DNA from: a virus
Virus record (IMG/VR): IMGVR_UViG_3300009963_000014
Location: 1 to 42,286 of that record
Direction: 5' to 3' (one strand)
Length of the DNA: 42,286 nt
The translations under genes and the position numbers were made by a program. This document shows positions 10,201 to 16,775 of the stretch, in pieces. How positions within the stretch are numbered: position 1 is the first letter of the stretch; each line of letters starts with the position of its first letter. A model generated the notes under the pieces. It was not told where the DNA came from. It worked only from the letters and a program-made list of their open reading frames with translations, and did not search any database.

Positions 10201-11045
10201 TTCTTCAATACCATTGCAAAAGAATTCAAGACAGGCATAATGGCATTGATAATCGGTAACATAGCATTACCCAGATTCAATGCACTATCTTTCATCAGTG
10301 ACTTAAACAGGCTGATACTGCCGTTGACTGAGTTGGATAAGGTATCTCCATACTTGGCTGTAGCCTGTTCCAAAATAGCCATAAGACGGATTTGTTGCTG
10401 GGTTTGATAGTCCAACTGTTGCCAGCTTTGTCCGTTTGCGAACTTCTTAAAGGCTTCAGTAGACTCAATCATAGCAACTCCAACGTTGATTCCTAGATCC
10501 TCAATTGCTTCGGTGTTCCCTAGTAAACCTGAGCGAATACGCTCCATAACGTCTGTAATGCTACGCCCTGAGCCCTCGGCAACAACTGCCGATGTCTGCA
10601 ACATCTTAGCGGTATAAGCACTTAGCTTGTTGGTGTCTTTGATAAATCCAGAAAATAGGTTTGAGTAGACTGCACCGTAGTTAGTAGCCTCACCCACCCC
10701 CATATTCATAGCGTTGGCGTTATCGTTAACCCATTTTAAGAAAGATTGCGAACTCTCGCCCATCTGTCGCTTGATTTGGTTCATAGACGCTGCTACTTCA
10801 AGAGCTGTCTGCGTTGAATACATCCCAACATCAAGCAATTTCTTACCAAGGATTGCAAAACCAGCGAACTTAGCCAGCTTGCCAAACGCACTACCGATAG
10901 AATTCGACTGTTCACGAACTTTTGCAGTCGCGTTCTTCACTTGGTCAGATGTTCCTTTGACCTGATTCTCGACTTCTTTCATCTTCTTCCTGAAAGGCGC
11001 TATCTCAGCGTCAATCATGACTTTCAATTCGTCAAGAGTTGCCAT
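7296..11045 (-). CDS. Tail tape measure protein
   Basis: 1249 aa. Hydrophobic central segments, a poly-Gly tract, four 40-aa GSWFG[DE]RW repeats, and its position after the tail chaperones. Confidence 0.9.
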   Translation of the reverse strand: MATLDELKVMIDAEIAPFRKKMKEVENQVKGTSDQVKNATAKVREQSNSIGSAFGKLAKFAGFAILGKKLLDVGMYSTQTALEVAASMNQIKRQMGESSQSFLKWVNDNANAMNMGVGEATNYGAVYSNLFSGFIKDTNKLSAYTAKMLQTSAVVAEGSGRSITDVMERIRSGLLGNTEAIEDLGINVGVAMIESTEAFKKFANGQSWQQLDYQTQQQIRLMAILEQATAKYGDTLSNSVNGSISLFKSLMKDSALNLGNAMLPIINAIMPVLNSFAMVLKNVTAKLAEFIALMFNKKATVKDGVGGAVGDMGNAMKDAAGGAGDLADAVDDAGDSAGGLADNLGDSAKNAKKAAKELLGLLGFDEINILQKPKDDDAGGSGGGGGGGGGKGGKGKGGGGGPFKDILPEVELTDMDNKFKSIFDGLGDKLKGLFDLFKKGFDAAFRPEGLERIKAALERIKKTLEEIATDPRVVNAFNRMTEKIAYALGQIAGSLATIGVGIGVLLTESIANGLERQKERIIRALVALFDNIGNIAEAVGNIAQAFSSAFYDVITSTGAVRIGSAIVSTLLSLTSTIVEVGSKLAGSLFKGFEKVVVTSAPKISSMLQSLLDIVAPIFETIESVVDKFGDGLSSVYDEHVAPAIDSIANAFNGLIDIILILWEGSWKPFAEFLSNTFGISIETVADLLGGIILESLKLLADTIKLVADGFTAFSDWCKENKEIISTVANVIGTLATVWQGIKLLSWAEQAGGLAGAFELLSGKVSFIVSGIKDLGLALKALTFDKLVSFGETIYLNALYAKDFVVNSGKLIVELGKTALELGKSALAWGVHAAQMGLAAAAEIAQSVAAGVAAAATWALNGAIAVLTSPITLVIAAIAALIAIGVLLYQNWDTVVEFAKTAWQGLCDFISGVCQAIGEFFSGLWMKLQEIFEPIGQWFGEKFQEGWDGIVNIFSNLGSWFGERWADVTNALTEVGSWLGNKFQQGWDAISNTFSKLGSWFGDRWNESKDALAEANTWLGEKFQSGRDKVNSAFEKVGSWFGDRWNDIKDGVKEADTWFGEKFESAKEKTQNPFQKIGSWFGDRWKDMQDALKEIPNWFKNLFNDAMDNAKSAVQSGVDALKSIFDFEWHLPKLELPHINITGGFSLNPPSFPSFDISWYARGGVFNSPSIIGVGEAGQEAVMPLERNTGWISTLAQKVAERMPVNNAPAGYSLPAGDIVIQIAGHEFGRVAIQEINKEHERAGQTLLKI

Positions 11046-11382
11046 TTACTTCCTCCTTCCTTTTTCGATTATGCCTCTCTGCAAATTCACGCATCCGTTC
11101 CCTATGCAACAAAAGCGCTTGTCTCTGTCGTTCCTGTTCTACCGCTTGTTGTTCTTCTACAAACAACTCAGGCGCATATTCCCAAAACTCAAAAACCTTA
11201 GCATCTTTGGATAACAATAAGGAAATGTGGTTGGATATCATCTGCGAAAGTCTGTAAGAGTCAATAATCTTCTCTTTACGCTCTTGGATTTTGACACGGT
11301 TGTAGCTTTCAATCATTTCTCTGATTTCAAGCACCGTTAAATCCCAAAAATCAAGAGGCTTACCTCCGATGTCCAAAAACAT
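11032..11382 (-). CDS. Tail assembly protein, Gp15-like (gpT-equivalent; possibly also made as -1 frameshift fusion)
   Basis: 116-aa ORF directly upstream of the tape measure. Its frame stays open back into the 3' end of 11421-11801. Confidence 0.75.
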   Translation of the reverse strand: MFLDIGGKPLDFWDLTVLEIREMIESYNRVKIQERKEKIIDSYRLSQMISNHISLLLSKDAKVFEFWEYAPELFVEEQQAVEQERQRQALLLHRERMREFAERHNRKRKEEVNGNS

Positions 11383-11420
11383 AGGATAAAGCCTCTCAAT
11401 AATCTGCGTTACTGTTAAGA

Positions 11421-11801
11421 TTACTCGACTACTGTCATTTTCTTCTTGGAAGTTTTCTTGTCCTTGCTTCCTCGTGGAGTAAAACCCGATACTTCAAATA
11501 GTGGCATTAAAACCTCTGTCATGAAGGTTGTTTGGTCTCCACCGTTATCCACGTATTCATCGTATAGATCGTAGACATCCTCAAAAGAATACCCATGTTC
11601 GTACTGCTGCAAGGCGCCGTGAACTAACAACAACATAACTTTCAAAGGCGGTAAAGTGAACTCTTCGCCAGCCTCAGGCATGAAAATCTTCAGCAAGTTC
11701 ATGCCGATTTTTTCTTCCACAGTTGCAGCCTGATGAGATGTCAAACGTAGCTTCAACTCTTTTTCGTCAGTAACTTTCCAAGTTGTGTATTTTAACGCCA
11801 T
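11421..11801 (-). CDS. Tail assembly chaperone (gpG-equivalent)
   Basis: 126 aa, acidic, between the major tail and Gp15-like genes. Confidence 0.75.
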   Translation of the reverse strand: MALKYTTWKVTDEKELKLRLTSHQAATVEEKIGMNLLKIFMPEAGEEFTLPPLKVMLLLVHGALQQYEHGYSFEDVYDLYDEYVDNGGDQTTFMTEVLMPLFEVSGFTPRGSKDKKTSKKKMTVVE

Positions 11802-11805
11802 CTAA

Positions 11806-12219
11806 TTAACCTCCAATACCATCAACAAATGTCAATTCAGACTGCAATGCAATTTTAAGCGTGAACTCGATAACGGCATTGACACCGCCACCGCCAAGCT
11901 TAACAGATACTTGACCTTCAAAAGTGACCTTAGTACCGTCTGGGTAGGTTTGCTCAAAGTAGAGTTTTTTCTTGCCATCTGCTGCCTTACGTAATACACG
12001 GTAAGGAGCTGTTGCGCTTGAATTATTATAAGCGAACTTGTACTCAAGTTCTCCTGCGTCCCCGATACCAAACTCGTACTTCTTCACCGTATCTGCAAGA
12101 GTAGTATTTTCTACTTTTTCGGGCTCGATACCAAATTCAGGTACTTCCTTAAGCCCTACAAGATTCTGATAATTGCCCTTCGTTTCACTAAAGGCCAATT
12201 TAATTCCATTTGCTAACAT
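11806..12219 (-). CDS. Major tail protein
   Basis: 137 aa. Position and N-terminal sequence resemble phi13/TP901-type major tail proteins. Confidence 0.75.
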   Translation of the reverse strand: MLANGIKLAFSETKGNYQNLVGLKEVPEFGIEPEKVENTTLADTVKKYEFGIGDAGELEYKFAYNNSSATAPYRVLRKAADGKKKLYFEQTYPDGTKVTFEGQVSVKLGGGGVNAVIEFTLKIALQSELTFVDGIGG

Positions 12220-12221
12220 GT

Positions 12222-12590
12222 TTAATTCTCCATTCTAAATTGAAAAACAAGCTCTGAGTGTAAATCAACGATACCTTCAAAACGCATGACCTTATGTCTC
12301 AAATGAGACGGATCTGGCACGTCTTGGCAGTCGGTTCTTCTCAAACCTAAAGACTCAAAAATCTGATTGATTTTAACAGCTAACTCGCTAGTGCTGGTAT
12401 CATCAAAAATATCCACCTTATAGCGGATAGAGGATTTTTGTTCCTTGTCATCAAACCAATCACCGGGCTTGTTTTGTTCTTCCAAAAAAATAACGACTGG
12501 GAAATTCTCCCAATCGCTAGGATAAGTATCAGTCACATTATCTGCGACCTTTTGCAATTCTTTATAAATAACAGGCTTGATATTGATCAT
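12222..12590 (-). CDS. Tail completion / head-tail joining protein
   Basis: 122-aa ORF in the connector gene block. Confidence 0.65.
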   Translation of the reverse strand: MINIKPVIYKELQKVADNVTDTYPSDWENFPVVIFLEEQNKPGDWFDDKEQKSSIRYKVDIFDDTSTSELAVKINQIFESLGLRRTDCQDVPDPSHLRHKVMRFEGIVDLHSELVFQFRMEN

Positions 12591-13099
12591 TATATTTGTT
12601 CTCTTATCTTTCTACGGACATAATTCGAAATATTCTTAGACACACACTCTTGATTGTCTCTCAAAGCTGGATAAAGATAAGGCTGAGCAGGTTGACCATA
12701 CATCTTGTAGAACTCCCCAATTTTTTGAAAGTGGTACGGTCCTACATTGATTTGGTCTTCATGCACATACCACGGGCTAGAGCGATAAGACACGCTGACC
12801 TCTGGTGATATACCTGAATGGCTAGCTTGTCCTTTTGGCCCTGTACCAAACTCTACGTATGGAGCATAGTGTAGATTTGTGTAAACCTCTCCTATAGCCT
12901 TATCTCCGTCCATTTTAACCCTAGTCTTGATACTATTTCTAAGTTCTCCATTGTTGCCTGGTGCCAGTCTTTTAGCATCGGCTTGAACAATGGTTTTAGC
13001 TGCATGATGAACCGCCTTTGAAACAATGTCTCGTTGTGTAACATCTGACAACTTTCTGAACTTAGCTATAAGTCTATCTGCCCCTAGTAGCTCTGACAC
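12590..13099 (-). CDS. HK97 gp10-family head-tail component
   Basis: 169 aa. GTG start with GGAG upstream. Order and size are typical of gp10-like proteins. Confidence 0.65.
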   Translation of the reverse strand: MSELLGADRLIAKFRKLSDVTQRDIVSKAVHHAAKTIVQADAKRLAPGNNGELRNSIKTRVKMDGDKAIGEVYTNLHYAPYVEFGTGPKGQASHSGISPEVSVSYRSSPWYVHEDQINVGPYHFQKIGEFYKMYGQPAQPYLYPALRDNQECVSKNISNYVRRKIREQI

Positions 13100-13412
13100 G
13101 CTCTAACTCCAAGACTTGATGATGTGTGTAGACCTTTTTAGAAATAACCCTGTGAGTTACTTCCGTCGGGCTATCGATACACACACCATCTTTCACTTTG
13201 ATAGTAGCTGACTTGTTGGCATTTGCATTCAAAATATCATTGACACGCTCGCCATACAATTCAGATTGTAACTTGCTACTAGCTGGCCACAACTCAAGAC
13301 GGACTGTCTCAGCTTCCTTGGCATATCCTTCTTTTGCGACACCTTCCTCTGTAACAGTCTTCTCAAACCGTCTCATTGGATAAGGTTTCAGTCTACTCTG
13401 CTTCAAAAACAT
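13074..13412 (-). CDS. Head closure / adaptor protein
   Basis: 112-aa ORF overlapping both neighbours in the connector block. Confidence 0.6.
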   Translation of the reverse strand: MFLKQSRLKPYPMRRFEKTVTEEGVAKEGYAKEAETVRLELWPASSKLQSELYGERVNDILNANANKSATIKVKDGVCIDSPTEVTHRVISKKVYTHHQVLELERVRATRGR

Positions 13413-13704
13413 GGCCTGCCACCCTTGCTAGTCTGTGCATGCGGATACGCTGTAGAAGACCCGTAGACAGGCCGTTTTCTCCGTACACTACTGCTATACC
13501 ACCCTCGGTTCTAGAATGCTCTCCTTCCGCTCCTGAGCGATTGTGGAGCTCGATAGCAACCTCAGGTATTAAGAGACTTAAAGCAGGTGTCAAAGATGTG
13601 CGATTAGTCTCTGACAAGATAAGATTTGTAGCCCTCGTTTGGAGCAACATGAGAAGCTGAGTATCTTCTTCGCCTGTTAATTTCTTCAGCAACTCTATAG
13701 ACAT
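13393..13704 (-). CDS. Head-tail connector (gp6-like)
   Basis: 103-aa ORF, positioned after the capsid gene cluster. Confidence 0.6.
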   Translation of the reverse strand: MSIELLKKLTGEEDTQLLMLLQTRATNLILSETNRTSLTPALSLLIPEVAIELHNRSGAEGEHSRTEGGIAVVYGENGLSTGLLQRIRMHRLARVAGHVFEAE

Positions 13705-13705
13705 A

Positions 13706-13894
13706 TCAATCCTCTTCTAAGAACTCAGGTTCAGGGAGGATTTCCTCAAGAACATCTGAGATAGCGACACCGTTGCTGGCAAAATTGTCAGCCAGCTCAG
13801 CATAACGCTCCTCAGTAATCTCAAGTTCCTCTCCTGCCAGTCGTTTCACATTTGATTCCCAATCATAGAAATCTTGTTTGATTTTAAATTTCAC
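13706..13894 (-). CDS. Hypothetical small acidic protein
   Basis: 62-aa ORF in operon context. Confidence 0.55.
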   Translation of the reverse strand: MKFKIKQDFYDWESNVKRLAGEELEITEERYAELADNFASNGVAISDVLEEILPEPEFLEED

Positions 13895-14066
13895 TTTTTA
13901 AATCCTCCAACACCTCTACAATTTCAGCTTTTGATAACTTATAGGCGCCAGCTATGCCAGCTTCTTTGGCTAGATTCTTCAACTCTTCTAGAGTCTTATT
14001 CTCTAAATCAGAATACTGGCCAGCTTGCTCCTCTTGGATATAATGACGTCGTAGCAATAAGCTCAT
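13884..14066 (-). CDS. Rho-N/HeH-motif small protein
   Basis: 60 aa. LEELKNLAKEAGIAGAYKLSKAEIVEVL resembles the Rho N-terminal/SAP-like motif often encoded next to capsid genes. Confidence 0.6.
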   Translation of the reverse strand: MSLLLRRHYIQEEQAGQYSDLENKTLEELKNLAKEAGIAGAYKLSKAEIVEVLEDLKSEI

Positions 14067-14077
14067 ATCGTCACCTC

Positions 14078-14920
14078 TTACTCACCGAATTTTACAACTC
14101 GTGTAGGGTCGTATAGGTAAACGCCATAGTGTTCATCGCCAGTGATAACCGTTGTCTTTTTAAGGATGTCACGGTCTGTTTCGATAGCCACATCACGTTT
14201 TAGCATAATCACAAATGCACCGTATTTATTGGCGTCATCTGTCTGAGTTTGGCTAGGAGATACTTTGACGATAAAGCCTTTTCCTTTTTCAACTTTCTTA
14301 GTACGGACGATTTGAACACCTCGTGTTTCTCCAAATGTACCAGAAACAACTGTATTCGCTCCTACTTCTGTGCCTGAAATCCATTCTTTCACAGTGTTAG
14401 CACGCAAATCAATGGCATCTGCTGGATTGATAAGAGCTACATATTTTGCGTCTTCTTCATCGTCAAAAATAGCAAGTGCTTTATCAAGAGCTGCTCCTGT
14501 TGTTGGAGCTTCTGAAATGTGTTGAGTAGCTGTTTTAGCAACTTCTACAAGATCATCATCAATCTTGTTAGCAATAGCCAAACCAAGCTGATAAGTAGCT
14601 TGACCTAGTGGGTCGCCAAGACCTGACAAAAGAGCTTCATCGGTAATTTCATAACCTTTAGCAGCCTTTTTGATTGTCATAGTAGTCTTTTTAGTAGTCA
14701 ATTGGTCTGGAGAAATAGCTTGGCCTTCTCCAACCTCTGTCGCATCTCCTGCGTACTCCCAAGCTGGAACTGTTAGAGTGTTACCCGGTTGGCCTTGGAG
14801 CGCTGTCTCCACATAAGCAAGCGGAGTGAATTTAATCAATTTAGGTAGTTTAGCGGAAACCATGTCCGCCATCACTTCTGGGTTAACCATAGTGGCTAAT
14901 TTAGTTTGTCCTGCTGTCAT
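14078..14920 (-). CDS. Major capsid protein
   Basis: 280 aa, immediately after the scaffold gene. Confidence 0.85.
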   Translation of the reverse strand: MTAGQTKLATMVNPEVMADMVSAKLPKLIKFTPLAYVETALQGQPGNTLTVPAWEYAGDATEVGEGQAISPDQLTTKKTTMTIKKAAKGYEITDEALLSGLGDPLGQATYQLGLAIANKIDDDLVEVAKTATQHISEAPTTGAALDKALAIFDDEEDAKYVALINPADAIDLRANTVKEWISGTEVGANTVVSGTFGETRGVQIVRTKKVEKGKGFIVKVSPSQTQTDDANKYGAFVIMLKRDVAIETDRDILKKTTVITGDEHYGVYLYDPTRVVKFGE

Positions 14921-14925
14921 TTATT

Positions 14926-15510
14926 TTAACCTTTCAATTTCTTATAGAGTTCTGGGTTCTTTTGATAGAGTTCATTTCGACTCTGATAACCCATACGAGC
15001 AAATTCTTCTTTTGTGATACCGTCACTATCAACTGGTGCTTGCTTCATTGGAGCTCCGCCTTTTAGCTTTTCTTGTACGCCTTTTTGTACGGCTTGCTCC
15101 CATGATTTCTGCAATACAGCGACAGATTCAGATACCGTCTCTGCGCTTGTCAAATCAACTACATTTACTAATTCAACAGGTAAGTCACGTTCACTTAGCA
15201 TTGCTTTAGCTTCTGCGGTCAATTCTTTACGAGCAATAGCCTTTTCACGGTCAGCCAATTCTTGCTCACGCTGATCCAACTGATATTTCTGTTTCTCATC
15301 AGAGTTCATCTTAGCAAGCTTCTTAGCTTCGTTTTCCTTGGCTTCTTGCTCAGCTTCCCATTTAGAGCGTTCGGCAGATAGCATCTTACCGATTTCAGCA
15401 CGAGTGAAAGTTCGTTCGTGCTTTTCTTCCTGCACTGTATCAACATTTTCTTGAGTGTCGACAGTCTCAGTTGATTCAGTAGATACAGTTGCATTGATTT
15501 CTTCTGACAT
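14926..15510 (-). CDS. Capsid scaffolding protein
   Basis: 194 aa, highly charged with coiled-coil character (E/K rich), preceding the capsid gene. Confidence 0.8.
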   Translation of the reverse strand: MSEEINATVSTESTETVDTQENVDTVQEEKHERTFTRAEIGKMLSAERSKWEAEQEAKENEAKKLAKMNSDEKQKYQLDQREQELADREKAIARKELTAEAKAMLSERDLPVELVNVVDLTSAETVSESVAVLQKSWEQAVQKGVQEKLKGGAPMKQAPVDSDGITKEEFARMGYQSRNELYQKNPELYKKLKG

Positions 15511-15611
15511 AATTGTCCTCCAGCGATTACGTCGCCACTCGATAATCTCGCTTTACGTCCGGCGACGGAACAGTACAGCTTTTAATGTCATCGGTACAGT
15601 TTGGACAATAT

Positions 15612-15639
15612 AAAAACCGCATCGAATTCGACACGGTTT
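15612..15639 (-). terminator. Rho-independent terminator (minus strand)
   Basis: On minus-strand RNA aaaccgugucga/ucgaugcgguuu forms a 12-bp stem, using two G-U pairs that would be C-A mismatches on the plus strand. A U run follows. Confidence 0.6.
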
Positions 15640-15700
15640 ATAGCAATTTACAGTAATTTATAGCAGTCTATTCCTGCAAGTCAAGATGTTGGATTACCTC

Positions 15701-15952
15701 CTAATCTTTAATGGCGTGATTTGAAACCTTGGCGTAAACATCCACATAAGTCTCTTTCTTGTCTCCATTATGCGTGATTTCTGCATAATCTCCACAAGTC
15801 TCGCTTGATGTAATTGTGTTCGTACTAACAAGAGCTTTCCAGTTTTGCAGGGTCTTGCTAAACCAAACTACAAAGCAATCTTCTGCTTTGATTTCACGAC
15901 CTGACAAGCGCGAAAATTCTTGTGATGCCAATTGTTTTGCTTTTTCTAACAT
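15701..15952 (-). CDS. Hypothetical protein (moron-like cluster between MuF and scaffold)
   Basis: 83-aa ORF. Confidence 0.65.
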   Translation of the reverse strand: MLEKAKQLASQEFSRLSGREIKAEDCFVVWFSKTLQNWKALVSTNTITSSETCGDYAEITHNGDKKETYVDVYAKVSNHAIKD

Positions 15953-15980
15953 TTTTATTCCTCCGTTTTGTGGTTAGATT

Positions 15981-16193
15981 TTATAATTTAATTTCTTCAA
16001 TTTTTGCACGCTGTTCTAGAGTTGAAAGATAATCCCACATAACCGAACGTTGCCTCTTTAACAAATCGATCGGACATTTAGGTTCAAACTCAAGTTGCCC
16101 TTTTTCGTATTTCCCAATCATCATATCTAACTTCTGGAATCGTTCTTTCAATTCGTAGTATTCTTTTTTAAAGCGCTCTTTCCAATCTTTCAT
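15981..16193 (-). CDS. Hypothetical conserved phage protein
   Basis: 70-aa ORF. ATGA start/stop overlap with the upstream small ORF. Confidence 0.65.
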   Translation of the reverse strand: MKDWKERFKKEYYELKERFQKLDMMIGKYEKGQLEFEPKCPIDLLKRQRSVMWDYLSTLEQRAKIEEIKL

Positions 16194-16312
16194 TTTTTCA
16201 ATCCTTTCTTTACACCTTTAATTATTCCGCTGATTACGGCCATAATAATAAATATTAACAACAAAAATACCAACCACCCGAAAGCGATTGATACCCAATC
16301 CCATATAAACAT
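16190..16312 (-). CDS. Small membrane protein (40 aa, one TM)
   Basis: Not in the ORF track. AAAGGAG RBS 6 nt before the ATG at 16312. Encodes MFIWDWVSIAFGWLVFLLLIFIIMAVISGIIKGVKKGLKK. Stop overlaps the next ATG. Confidence 0.55.
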   Translation of the reverse strand: MFIWDWVSIAFGWLVFLLLIFIIMAVISGIIKGVKKGLKK

Positions 16313-16333
16313 GTATTTACTCCTTTCTAAGCA

Positions 16334-16624
16334 TCATTTTTGAGGCTTAGCATTCTTGTCCACCCATTCTTTGAAAGCATCAAAAGTATTCATGTTTTTA
16401 AGAGACAAATACTTTTCAACTTCTTCAATAGCTTTATCGACCGACTTGTCGTCAAAACAATAGCCATTACCCGATAAATCAAAAATTTTATTTTGTTTTT
16501 TCTTATCAACAATCCACAAATTTTTTCCAGTCCAAGCACTCTGTGGGTCATAACATTTCTTCGATTGTATTTCAAGTCCGTTATCTTCAATCAATTCTAT
16601 CAATTTTTTGTACTTGTTGTTCAT
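16334..16624 (-). CDS. Hypothetical protein
   Basis: ORF-track 16334-16645. The internal ATG at 16624 (MNNKYKK...) has AAAGGA upstream and lies just after a terminator hairpin. Confidence 0.6.
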   Translation of the reverse strand: MNNKYKKLIELIEDNGLEIQSKKCYDPQSAWTGKNLWIVDKKKQNKIFDLSGNGYCFDDKSVDKAIEEVEKYLSLKNMNTFDAFKEWVDKNAKPQK

Positions 16625-16646
16625 TAAAATTTCCTTTCTTGGCACG

Positions 16647-16674
16647 AAAAAAGCACTAAACGATTGTTTAGTGC
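16647..16674 (-). terminator. Rho-independent terminator-like hairpin (minus strand) inside the late operon
   Basis: Minus strand gcacuaaac-aauc-guuuagugc (9-bp perfect stem) followed by UUUUUU. Confidence 0.65.
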
Positions 16675-16775
16675 ACAGATAGGCAGGACTGTCGGGGCTC
16701 CTGCATTTCTCGACCCACTATAAGTGGCGCGTTGGTGACAGATTCTCAACCTCTATCTTTACTGAAAGTATAGCA

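Noticed and set aside
9607-10407. 266-aa plus-strand ORF with a poly-proline run
   Set aside because: It is the mirror image of the tape measure gene's poly-Gly tract, lies entirely inside a well-supported minus-strand CDS, and has no RBS.
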